Source of the DNA: Candidatus Humimicrobiia bacterium | GTDB taxonomy: Bacteria; Actinomycetota; Humimicrobiia; JAHJRV01 | Direction: 5' to 3' | NCBI GenBank assembly: GCA_049647085.1 | Contig: JBARXA010000007.1 | Coordinates: forward strand, 47,060 to 111,059 | Length of the DNA stretch: 64,000 bases | In this document: positions 38,064 through 47,258 of the stretch, in pieces | Layout of the letters: the number at the start of each line of letters is the position of its first letter | Position numbering within the stretch: the first letter of the stretch is position 1 | The notes under the pieces: model-generated | The model's input: only the letters and a program-made list of their open reading frames with translations | The model's database searches: none | What the model was told of the DNA's origin: nothing | Made by a program: the position numbers and the translations under genes

Positions 38064-38324
38064 TTATTTTTCTATTAAATAAAAAGTAAATATGTTTAAT
38101 TTAATAAGAAACAAGAAATAGGTGTACAAGATCTCCAATTTGTTTAATAATTTTCTATTGGTATAATTATCTGTTTTTTTAATTGCTAAAGCAATATCAT
38201 AACTTTTAAGGGTAAAATAGTTCTCTACAATAGATTTATATGAAATGAGAGCACAGAGTATAAAGGAAAGTAATATTATTTTATAAAAGGAATTTATTAA
38301 GGAATTTATCTTTCTTATTTTCAT
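38064..38324 (-). CDS. Hypothetical small membrane protein (weak call)
   Basis: 86-aa ORF in a very AT-rich region with one or two hydrophobic segments. No recognisable motif. Confidence 0.2.
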   Translation of the reverse strand: MKIRKINSLINSFYKIILLSFILCALISYKSIVENYFTLKSYDIALAIKKTDNYTNRKLLNKLEILYTYFLFLIKLNIFTFYLIEK

Positions 38325-38545
38325 TTTTTAAATAACATAATAAAAAGTAATTCTGATATTATTATTGTGTATTTTTGAAAAATAAAATAAAAAAAATTAT
38401 AAAATTTTTATTTGGTAGTTTAATAGATTAAAATAAATAAATTATCTAATAAAATTTGTATATTAAAAATTTATGATGGGAAAATACTTAAGAGATTAAA
38501 AGTAAAAAATTAGTAACATTAAAAGTATTATTTATATTAATAAAT

Positions 38546-39055
38546 ATGGAAAAGAATCTGAAAAATTTAAAGTATATTGGAATAAGGATAATAGGAAGAA
38601 TCAGGGAAACCCACATTTTTTCAGATGAGAAAAATGATGAAATTGGAAGGTTGGAATTTAAATTTTGGGGAAAAGATGCCGTATATAAATCTAAAGATGA
38701 GGAGCTAAAGCTAATAAAAAAGGGATGGCCTACAAAGAGATATAGTTTGATAAAAAAAGATAAAGTCCTTTTAAGTGGAAAACAGCTATTTTTGTCTCGT
38801 AATGCAAGTATTTATTCACAAGAGGATGGAAGTTTTAAATTAGAAATTAGTGGATATCGTATACCATATGTACTAACCGATATAAACAAAAAAGAAGATT
38901 TATTTTCTATTGGAATAAAAAGAATTGCCCCTCCCGATATAGAGGTAAAAATAATTTCGGATAGTCTAAAAGACATCGAATTGTCAAATTATTTAATAAT
39001 ACTTACATATTTCACCTGGGTAGGCATAAAAAGATCCAGAATTATAAAATTTTAA
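38546..39055 (+). CDS. Hypothetical protein (orphan)
   Basis: 169-aa ORF with plausible coding composition. I recognise no family motif. The C-terminus is hydrophobic. Confidence 0.3.
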   Translation: MEKNLKNLKYIGIRIIGRIRETHIFSDEKNDEIGRLEFKFWGKDAVYKSKDEELKLIKKGWPTKRYSLIKKDKVLLSGKQLFLSRNASIYSQEDGSFKLEISGYRIPYVLTDINKKEDLFSIGIKRIAPPDIEVKIISDSLKDIELSNYLIILTYFTWVGIKRSRIIKF

Positions 39056-39249
39056 ATAATAAATATTAGTAAATTATCCTTACAAGATGTAATATTTAAA
39101 AAATAATTATTACCCGACTAAATCAAAAATATTGTAAAATAGTTTTACAGAAATGTCTTAATAAACATACTCAAAATACTTCAAATCTTAAAACTGAAAT
39201 AAATAAAATATTTAGATAGACATATTATACGAGGAGAAAGAGGGAAACA

Positions 39250-39444
39250 ATGAAAAGATTATATCGTTCGAAAAAGGACAGAATGCTATGTGGAGTATGT
39301 GGAGGAATAGCAGAATATTTTAATGTAGACCCAACATTAATAAGGATACTGTGGGTAATACTTTCTTTACCAGGAGTGGTATTTCCAGGAATCTTAGCAT
39401 ACATAATTTGTTGTATAATCATTCCTGAAAATCCTGAACAATAA
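39250..39444 (+). CDS. PspC-domain small membrane protein
   Basis: 64 aa. LYRSKKDRMLCGVCGGIAEYFNVDPTLIRILWVIL is the PspC-domain signature. An RBS GAGGAGAAAGAGGGA lies upstream. Confidence 0.75.
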   Translation: MKRLYRSKKDRMLCGVCGGIAEYFNVDPTLIRILWVILSLPGVVFPGILAYIICCIIIPENPEQ

Positions 39445-39565
39445 GAAAAACTGTTTGTTTACATAAAAACATAGAATTTGACAGTGTCACTAATGTATAA
39501 GAAGAGATACATCGGTAACACTTTAGTTGTATAATTTATAAAATATAAAATTATAATGAAACTTA

Positions 39566-40537
39566 GTGGATATGAAAATTTTAATTTATGACCGAGAAAA
39601 AAAAGCTATAAACTTAGATGCTCAAAAAAAAGATGCAGTAGTATTGGTTAAGAATCCAAATTATATTATATGGGTGGACATAGATGAGCCACAAAAAGAA
39701 GTATTGGATTGGTTAAAAGAAACCTTCGGATTTCACCCATTAGATTTAGAAGACTGTGTAAGTTTAATTGAGAGACCAAAGATAGATTTATATGAGGATT
39801 ACCACTTCTTAGTGATGCATTTTCCAATTTTTGATGAAATAACTAAAAGGTTGTCACCAATACAGGTGAACATATTTTTGGGAACAAACTTTTTAATTAC
39901 AATTCGAAAAGGTTATATTAAAGCTCTAAATAAAACATTTGAGGATGTTTCAAAAAATAAGGAACTCCTTTCTAAGGGAACTGATTATTTATTATACAAA
40001 GTCATTGATGATTTAGTTGACTATTGTTTTCCAATTCTAAATAAAATAAGGCAAAATATTCAGAATGCAGAAAATACGATATTTAATGGAGCTACGAGAG
40101 ATACGATAAAGGACATACTTTTCATAAAAAGAAACATAATTCTCTTTAAAAATATAATAGATCCTCAAAGAAGGATATTAAGAGGAATAGAGGCCAGAGA
40201 TAGTGAATTTATTTCAGATGAACTGGATGTATATTTTGGAGACATCGTTGACCACCTTGATAAAATACAGGACAGTTTAGTAAGTTATGGAGAGATGATT
40301 GAGAGTATTCATGATGCACATCAATCCATAGTTTCAAATCGTATTAATGAAATTATGAAAATATTAACTATTATATCCGTTATAATGCTTCCTCTAACTC
40401 TCATATCAAGTATATATGGTATGAACATAGGTCTTCCTATAGCAAAAAACCCATTTGCTTTTATAATCATATTTTCTGTAATGGTTCTAATGGGTTTAGG
40501 GATGTTTTTCTATTTTAAGATTAAACATTGGATATAA
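39566..40537 (+). CDS. corA: CorA-family magnesium/cobalt transporter
   Basis: 323 aa. Cytoplasmic funnel domain, two C-terminal TM helices and the YGMNI (GMN) signature. Confidence 0.9.
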   Translation: MDMKILIYDREKKAINLDAQKKDAVVLVKNPNYIIWVDIDEPQKEVLDWLKETFGFHPLDLEDCVSLIERPKIDLYEDYHFLVMHFPIFDEITKRLSPIQVNIFLGTNFLITIRKGYIKALNKTFEDVSKNKELLSKGTDYLLYKVIDDLVDYCFPILNKIRQNIQNAENTIFNGATRDTIKDILFIKRNIILFKNIIDPQRRILRGIEARDSEFISDELDVYFGDIVDHLDKIQDSLVSYGEMIESIHDAHQSIVSNRINEIMKILTIISVIMLPLTLISSIYGMNIGLPIAKNPFAFIIIFSVMVLMGLGMFFYFKIKHWI

Positions 40538-40655
40538 TTACCCTCAGATTCTAGTAGAATTGAATCTTTATATAACTTTAGTTGTACTATTTAAGCTTAG
40601 TGTTTACAGTTTACTATTGATAAAATATAAATATGAATTAATTTATATATAGATT

Positions 40656-40747
40656 GTCATTCTGAACAGGTCCTGGTTGTCATTGCGAGCCACTGAAGGT
40701 GGCGTGGCAATCTCTCTCAGGATAAACTTAGCGACTGAAGAATCTCT
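40656..40747. repeat. Second copy of the GTCATTGCGAGC-type repeat element
   Basis: GTCATTCTGAAC (40656-40667), then the core AGGTCCTGGTTGTCATTGCGAGCCACTGAAGGTGGCGTGGCAATCTCTCTCAG (40668-40720). By eye the core is 51 of 53 identical to 34691-34743. Confidence 0.8.
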
Positions 40748-40795
40748 TTTTTAAAATATAAATATAATGGTCTAAAATTTAATGGGGGTTAAATT

Positions 40796-41812
40796 TTGAA
40801 ATTTGCAATTATAGGTGCTGGTTCAATAGGTTCACTTATTGGAGCAAAACTCTCATTATCAGGAGAGGAAGTAGCCCTAATTGGAAGAGATCCCCACATG
40901 TCTAAGGTAAGAAACGATGGTCTAGTAATTGAACTTCCAAAAGAAAAAAAATTAGTTAAAAATCTATTTGCTTGTACTAATTTAATTGAATTGAAGAATA
41001 GTCGGTTTAGTCCTCATTTTTTTGTTTTTACAATGAAATCATATAGTACAAAGCAATCCTGTGAAGAACTTTTAGAAGTATTTGGGAAAAAGTGTAATAT
41101 ATTAACATTACAGAATGGAGTTGGTAATGAGGAGACTATATCAAGTTTTTTCGGTGAGGAAAATACCTTTTCGGGTGCACTTACTATCAGCGTATCTTTG
41201 GTAGAACCTGGGATGGTAAGACAGAATACTATCAAAGGTGGTGTTGGATTAGCTCCAGTAGCTATGATAGAAAATGCAAAGAAAATAGTGAATAAATTGA
41301 AAGAAATATTTGAAAAAGCAAGATTTAAAACGAAAGTTTTTGAAAATTACAGAGAACTCAAGTGGTCAAAATTACTTTTAAATATAATTGCTAACGCAAG
41401 TTCCGCTATATATGACTTATCTCCTTTAAAAATATCCAATAATTATGAACTGTTCTTACAGGAACAAATGGCATTTAGAGAAGCATGTAAAGTAATATCC
41501 AAACTGAGGTTGGGGACAGTTAATTTACCTGATTACAATGTGTATTTACTTAAATTTGTGATGAATCTTCCACAACCTATTGCTCATTCAATATTAAAGA
41601 ATAAAATTGCAAAATCACGTGGTGAGAAAATGCCATCTCTTTGGTATGATTTAAATATGGGTAAAAAGTTTTCAGAAGTTGAGGTTCTAAATGGAGCAGT
41701 AGTTAAGTATGGACAGAGATTGAAAATTGACACACCAGCTAATGACTTTTTTTATTACACTTTAAAAAATATAGCTGAGGGTAAATTAAACCGGGAAAAT
41801 TTCAAAGATTAA
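40796..41812 (+). CDS. 2-dehydropantoate 2-reductase-like (ApbA/PanE family) oxidoreductase
   Basis: 338 aa. Rossmann motif IIGAGSIGS, a KWSKLLLN motif and the ApbA_C domain pattern. TTG start. Confidence 0.75.
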   Translation: MKFAIIGAGSIGSLIGAKLSLSGEEVALIGRDPHMSKVRNDGLVIELPKEKKLVKNLFACTNLIELKNSRFSPHFFVFTMKSYSTKQSCEELLEVFGKKCNILTLQNGVGNEETISSFFGEENTFSGALTISVSLVEPGMVRQNTIKGGVGLAPVAMIENAKKIVNKLKEIFEKARFKTKVFENYRELKWSKLLLNIIANASSAIYDLSPLKISNNYELFLQEQMAFREACKVISKLRLGTVNLPDYNVYLLKFVMNLPQPIAHSILKNKIAKSRGEKMPSLWYDLNMGKKFSEVEVLNGAVVKYGQRLKIDTPANDFFYYTLKNIAEGKLNRENFKD

Positions 41813-42444
41813 GGATTTTTACTATCCTTTTTAGTTCTCCTTGAAATTATATAAATCCAAATTTGGGAAATAAAGATTATTATGGTAAATAATATAATAA
41901 TAGCTAAACCTGAATGAATTTCAACTAATGGTTTATATTTATGCCAGAGTCCATTTATGAATGTGATTAATCCCAGTGTAAGAGCACACCAAATAGCAGA
42001 TCCTAAAAAAGTATATAAAACAAATTTTTTAAAGTTGAATTTCAATACTCCTGCAGGATATGATATAAAAGTTCTTGTTTGTCCTATAAGTTGAGCAATA
42101 AAAACTGAAAATTCGCCATATTTATTTATGAATTCACCCGTTCTACTACGTTTTTTACTATTTTTAGAGTTATTGTTTTTCAACATTCTTAAAGGAGCAA
42201 TGATTCCTTTACCAATACCATAACTGATTGATGAACCAAAAGTACCGCCAATTGATCCTGCCAGAACTGAGAATATATAAGTAAAAAAATTTTCTCCGAC
42301 TTTCTCTGATGAAATTATTAAAAATGGTGTAGAGGCAAAAGGTATTCCAAGACTCTCTAAAAACATTCCAAGACCTAATCCAACATAGATCGAGCTCGGT
42401 CTTATATTTGTAAGAAAATGGTAAATATTTTTTAAAAGATTCAT
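41809..42444 (-). CDS. DedA-family membrane protein
   Basis: 211 aa. Carries the DedA (SNARE-associated/VTT) patterns ...LESLGIPF... and ...R.F.SYPAGV.K.....F..YT..GS..W.... Confidence 0.8.
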   Translation of the reverse strand: MNLLKNIYHFLTNIRPSSIYVGLGLGMFLESLGIPFASTPFLIISSEKVGENFFTYIFSVLAGSIGGTFGSSISYGIGKGIIAPLRMLKNNNSKNSKKRSRTGEFINKYGEFSVFIAQLIGQTRTFISYPAGVLKFNFKKFVLYTFLGSAIWCALTLGLITFINGLWHKYKPLVEIHSGLAIIILFTIIIFISQIWIYIISRRTKKDSKNP

Positions 42445-42905
42445 AATATTTATTAAAATTTATTCTCTGAAATCTTATGTAAAGTATTTTAAAGAAAATT
42501 CATATAATAACTAATTTTTATATAATTATATACATTTATTAACTTTCATTGTCCATATTTTATAATTAAACCTCCAGCTGATAATTGTCAAAATAATGTT
42601 TAATCAAAATGATTTTTAATTATAATAAAAAAGTAAATCACAAAAAACAAATTCATTCCTAATTTAAGAGAATATTTATAGATTGTACAATAATTATTAT
42701 TATTGTTACTAATTTCTAAAAAATCCTTCTGGTTGTTTTTGCCATATTTTCGCAAATAATATAGAATTCACATGAATCATCCCTATCTGGTAATAAAAAA
42801 AAGAATCTTCCTTCACGATTTTTCTAGGAAGAAAGAAGGGACCTAATAATTAAGATAAGAAGTAAAAGGTTAAAATTAATAGTTAAAATTTGTTGAAGTC
42901 AAAAT

Positions 42906-43520
42906 ATGGAAGCTATAATTAATTTTTTAGAAAAATATATAAGTCAGTTTGGATATTTAGCTATATTTATACTTATGTTTTTAGAGAGCGCATGTGTTCC
43001 CATACCAAGCGAGATAACAATGCCATTTGGGGGATTTTTAGCAGCAATTGGAAATCTTAACTTAATATTGGTTACTCTGGTTGGCTCATTAGCAAATTTA
43101 TTTGGTTCTTATGCCGCATACTATGTTGGGAAATTGGGAGGAAGACCATTTTTAGATAAGTATGGCAAATATATCCTTTTAAGGAAAGAAGAGCTTGATA
43201 AGGTAGATGAATGGTTCAATCATCGGGGAGAAATAACTGTTTTTATAACTCGCCTTTTACCAGGAATTAGAACATTTATATCCCTTCCCGCAGGGATGGC
43301 TAAGATGAACTTAACAAAATTCTCTATATATACAATTTTAGGTGTAATCCCTTGGTGCTTTATATTAGCTTATCTTGGTTATATGTTTGGGGAGAACTGG
43401 AAGATAATTTTAGACTACTATCACAAGTTTGAATATATTTTCTTTGCTATAATAATTTTAATAATAGTAGCTTTTTTAGTTTTTATGTTTATTAAAAAAA
43501 GAAAACAACTTTTAAAATAA
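42906..43520 (+). CDS. DedA-family membrane protein
   Basis: 204 aa. Carries FLESACVPIPSE, GRPFL.KYGKY, and RLLPGIRTFISLPAGMAKMN..KF..YT..G..PW, a canonical DedA pattern. Confidence 0.88.
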   Translation: MEAIINFLEKYISQFGYLAIFILMFLESACVPIPSEITMPFGGFLAAIGNLNLILVTLVGSLANLFGSYAAYYVGKLGGRPFLDKYGKYILLRKEELDKVDEWFNHRGEITVFITRLLPGIRTFISLPAGMAKMNLTKFSIYTILGVIPWCFILAYLGYMFGENWKIILDYYHKFEYIFFAIIILIIVAFLVFMFIKKRKQLLK

Positions 43521-43562
43521 AAAAATCAAAAAATATAATTAATTTTAACTTAGAGGTTACTA

Positions 43563-44414
43563 TTGTCATTATTTCAATCCATTGTATTAGGGATAATTCA
43601 GGGAGCTACTGAATTCTTACCAGTCAGTAGCTCAGGTCATATGGTTCTAATACCATATTTTCTTGGATGGGAAAATCCACCACTATTTTTTAATGTAATG
43701 GTTCATTTTTCAACTTTAATAGCTGTTTTATGGGCTATGTGGTCTGATATAAATGATATATTCGAATCATTTATTAATCTATTCAAAAAAGAGAAAGAAA
43801 AATCCAAAGATAAGTCAACTAATTTATTAAAATCCAAAATTATCTGGTTATTATTTATTGCCACAATCCCCGCAGCAATCTTGGGTTATTTAGCACATGA
43901 TTTCTTTGAAAAACTATTTTCTGTTCCAATATATGTTACAATTGCAATTTTTATAACAGGAATACTACTTTTCATTGAGGGATGGATGAAAAAAACTATT
44001 GACTCATTGGAGTCATTAAGACTATCCGATGCAATTTCTATAGGAATTGCTCAAGCTATAGCCATTGTTCCCGGAATTTCAAGATTAGGAATAACAACAG
44101 TAACGGGGAAATCCAGAGGATTATCAAGAGAAGATTCTTTAAAATTTTCCTTTTTACTATCTATACCCATAATATTCTCAGCCACTCTATATGAGACATT
44201 CAGATTTTATAAGACAGTTGGATCATTTAATGAAATATCATCTAATATAAACATAACAAATACAATTATTGGTATGATGTTTGCTCTGTTAACAGGTTTT
44301 TTATCAATAAAATTGCTTCTAAATTTCTTTAAGAGAAGAAAATTAAGGATATTCTCTCTATACTGTTGGGTATTCTCTATTTTGAGTTTTATCGTAATAA
44401 TTATCAGAAAATGA
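43563..44414 (+). CDS. uppP: Undecaprenyl-diphosphate phosphatase (BacA/UppP)
   Basis: 283 aa. N-terminal GIIQGATEFLPVSSSGH and the second motif PGISRLG.T. Polytopic membrane protein. TTG start. Confidence 0.9.
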   Translation: MSLFQSIVLGIIQGATEFLPVSSSGHMVLIPYFLGWENPPLFFNVMVHFSTLIAVLWAMWSDINDIFESFINLFKKEKEKSKDKSTNLLKSKIIWLLFIATIPAAILGYLAHDFFEKLFSVPIYVTIAIFITGILLFIEGWMKKTIDSLESLRLSDAISIGIAQAIAIVPGISRLGITTVTGKSRGLSREDSLKFSFLLSIPIIFSATLYETFRFYKTVGSFNEISSNINITNTIIGMMFALLTGFLSIKLLLNFFKRRKLRIFSLYCWVFSILSFIVIIIRK

Positions 44415-44515
44415 TATTAAAACCGATATAATTAAAAAAACTTAAATTCAATGGAAAATCTTGACAGAACTTTAATTTTTAAAATAAATAAATTAAATAA
44501 ATATTGGGGGTATCT

Positions 44516-45868
44516 ATGAAAGAGAAATCATCTTTTGAAGGATTCAATAGTTGGATTAAAAATTCTATAACTGTCAAATTATTTGCAACTGGTTTTTTAA
44601 TCTTAATTTTATTAATTCCAACCAATATGATTAGATTTCTAATCAATGATAGAGAAAACAGGCGCTATACTACAATTGAAGAAATAAGCTCTAAATGGGG
44701 AAGGGAACAGACTATAGCTGGACCAATTCTTACAGTTCCTTATGGAAAATATTCTAAAGAAAAAGGTGAAAAGGTATTAAAATCCGTTAACCATGCACAC
44801 TTTTTACCGGATGAATTAAATATTGATGGAAGTATATCACCTGAAATAAGATATAGAGGTATATATGAAACTGTTGTCTATAAGTCTAATTTAAAATTTA
44901 CTGGAAAATTTCCATCTCCCAATTTTAAAGATTTAAATATTCCAGATGACAATGTATTATGGGAAGATGCATTTATCTCTTTGGGCATACCAGATATGAG
45001 AGGCATTGAGAAAAATATTGAAATAAATTTAAATAAAATTATTTTTGCCTATACTCCTGGAATTGAAACTAATGATATTATCAACCCTGGCTTAAGTGCT
45101 CCCTTTCCAATTAAAGGTGCAGATAATCCTGAAAAGAGTTATGAATTTTCCTTTGACATTAATTTAAAAGGAAGCAAAGAGCTCAATTTTATTCCTCTTG
45201 GAAAAGAAACAAATGTTAAATTAACATCGAATTGGAATAATCCTAGTTTCGATGGCGCATTTTTACCAGATGAAAGAGAAATAACTGATAATGGATTTAG
45301 TGCAAAATGGAATGTTCTTTATTTAAATAGGGATTATCCTCAAAAATGGAAAGGAAATTCTTATAATATATTTAATTCAGCATTTGGAGTTAAATTATTA
45401 ATGCCTGTTGATGAATATCAAAAAACAATGCGTTCGGTAAAATATGCTGTCATGTTTATATCTTTAACTTTTATGATTTTTTTCTTTGTTGAAGTTATAA
45501 ATAAAAAAAGAATACACCCTATTCAATATATATTAGTTGGATTAGCACTTGTTATATTCTTTACACTACTTCTTTCACTATCAGAACATACTAATTTCAA
45601 TCTTGCTTATATAATTGCAAGTATTGCTACTATTTTGCTGATTACTGCTTATTCAAAAACTATTTTTAAGAGCAATTTTTTAACCATTTTAATGGGTTCA
45701 GTGCTTTTGATTTTGTATGGCTTCATGTACACAATTTTGCAACTTCAAGATTATTCACTTTTGTTAGGTAGCATTGGTTTATTTATTGTTTTAGCAGTAG
45801 CAATGTATTTATCAAGAAAAATTGATTGGTATTCACTCAGCTCAAATAGTAATATTAATAAAGAATAA
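44516..45868 (+). CDS. creD: CreD-family cell-envelope integrity inner-membrane protein
   Basis: About 450 aa. One N-terminal TM helix, a large periplasmic domain (ER..R......I...WG..Q...GP.L.VPY pattern) and a C-terminal cluster of five TM helices. The likely ATG is at 44516, after GGGGGT. Confidence 0.8.
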   Translation: MKEKSSFEGFNSWIKNSITVKLFATGFLILILLIPTNMIRFLINDRENRRYTTIEEISSKWGREQTIAGPILTVPYGKYSKEKGEKVLKSVNHAHFLPDELNIDGSISPEIRYRGIYETVVYKSNLKFTGKFPSPNFKDLNIPDDNVLWEDAFISLGIPDMRGIEKNIEINLNKIIFAYTPGIETNDIINPGLSAPFPIKGADNPEKSYEFSFDINLKGSKELNFIPLGKETNVKLTSNWNNPSFDGAFLPDEREITDNGFSAKWNVLYLNRDYPQKWKGNSYNIFNSAFGVKLLMPVDEYQKTMRSVKYAVMFISLTFMIFFFVEVINKKRIHPIQYILVGLALVIFFTLLLSLSEHTNFNLAYIIASIATILLITAYSKTIFKSNFLTILMGSVLLILYGFMYTILQLQDYSLLLGSIGLFIVLAVAMYLSRKIDWYSLSSNSNINKE

Positions 45869-45971
45869 TAAATATATCTAACAAATTTTCTTCTTGTAAC
45901 ATAAGTTTTATTTCCTCGTTATAATATTTAGGGTTTGTTTATATTGTATAAGTAATGATATTGAAATAAGT

Positions 45972-46187
45972 ATGATTGAGAACTTGGTAATTAGAGCTAA
46001 AGACAGTGAACCAGAAGCTCTTGGTGAACTTTATGAGCTTTTTGTTGAGAAAATCTATCGATTTCTTCTCTTTAAAGTTGGTAGTGTTACTGAAGCAGAA
46101 GATCTAACTGCATGGGTTTTTGAAAAAGCCTGGGAAAATTTGATAAAATATAGAGTTAAAAGAATTTATGATTATTATAGCACCTAA
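45972..46187 (+). pseudogene. Truncated ECF-type sigma-70 factor remnant (region 2 only)
   Basis: The 71-aa ORF contains LYELFVEKIYRFLLFKVGSVTEAEDLTAWVFEKAW (sigma region 2.1-2.2). No region 2.4 or region 4 follows in any frame before 46527. Confidence 0.5.
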
Positions 46188-46526
46188 ATTATTTAAAAAA
46201 TAAGAAAAGGTTTTTAATTATTCGACAAAAACTTCTCGAACTTCAGAAGTCTTCTTCCTAACAATTCTTTTATCTCAAAAAAGTTAAATTACACTCCCTT
46301 CATCATAAAAAAGAAATATGTATATTGATATTAGATTTCTATAAAATTTATAACTAAAAAATTTCATTTGTCATTTTAGAAACAGTTAATAATTTCATTG
46401 AGGTAGTTGAAAATTAGTGGTAGAATTTAACAATAATTTTGAATATAAAATTTAGCAAAATATTAATAGAAAGGAGGATGGCTCTTACCCTATATCTTTA
46501 AAAGGGTATTTGAGCTACATTTTAAT

Positions 46527-47258
46527 ATGAAGGGTGTAGTTTTAGCAGGTGGATTAGGAACTAGATTATTACCTCTTACAAAAATCACCAACAAACATCT
46601 TTTGCCAGTTTATGACAAACCCATGATTTATTATCCATTAAACACATTAGTTAAAGGTGGAATAGACGACATAATGATTGTTACTGGTGGAAATAATGCT
46701 GGTGATTTCCTAAGGTTATTAGCAAATGGTGCAGAGTTTGGCTTGAAACATATTAATTATACTTATCAGGAAGGACATGGAGGTATTGCTGCTGCCCTGT
46801 CTTTAGCTGAACATTTCGTTGATTGTGAAAAAATTGTGGTAATTTTGGGAGATAACATATTTGAAGATGATATTAAAGGTGCAGTTAAAGAATTTGAGAA
46901 ACAGGAAAGGGGAGCTAAAATATTTCTTAAAAAAATTGAAGAACCCAAACGTTATGGTGTTCCTGAATTAAAAGGTAATAAAATTATAAATATTGAGGAA
47001 AAACCCAAAAATCCAAAAAGCTGTTATGCAGTAACTGGTCTTTATATGTATGATGATAGGGTGTTTGATATTATTAAAAACTTAAAACCTTCAGCTCGAG
47101 GAGAACTAGAAATAACGGATGTAAATAATGTTTATGTTAAAGAAGAAACTATGACATATTCCATTCTAAATGGTCTATGGACGGATGCAGGAAGTTCATT
47201 TGAAAGCTATTATCGAGCAAATAAGTGGGTCGCAGAGGGTCTAATTTCTAAATTTTAA
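46527..47258 (+). CDS. Sugar-phosphate nucleotidyltransferase (short-form glucose-1-phosphate thymidylyl/uridylyltransferase-like)
   Basis: 243 aa. The N-terminal MKGVVLAGGLGTRLLPLTKITNKHLLPVYDKPMIYYPL signature and the LGDNIF and EKPK.PKS motifs are present. Confidence 0.85.
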   Translation: MKGVVLAGGLGTRLLPLTKITNKHLLPVYDKPMIYYPLNTLVKGGIDDIMIVTGGNNAGDFLRLLANGAEFGLKHINYTYQEGHGGIAAALSLAEHFVDCEKIVVILGDNIFEDDIKGAVKEFEKQERGAKIFLKKIEEPKRYGVPELKGNKIINIEEKPKNPKSCYAVTGLYMYDDRVFDIIKNLKPSARGELEITDVNNVYVKEETMTYSILNGLWTDAGSSFESYYRANKWVAEGLISKF

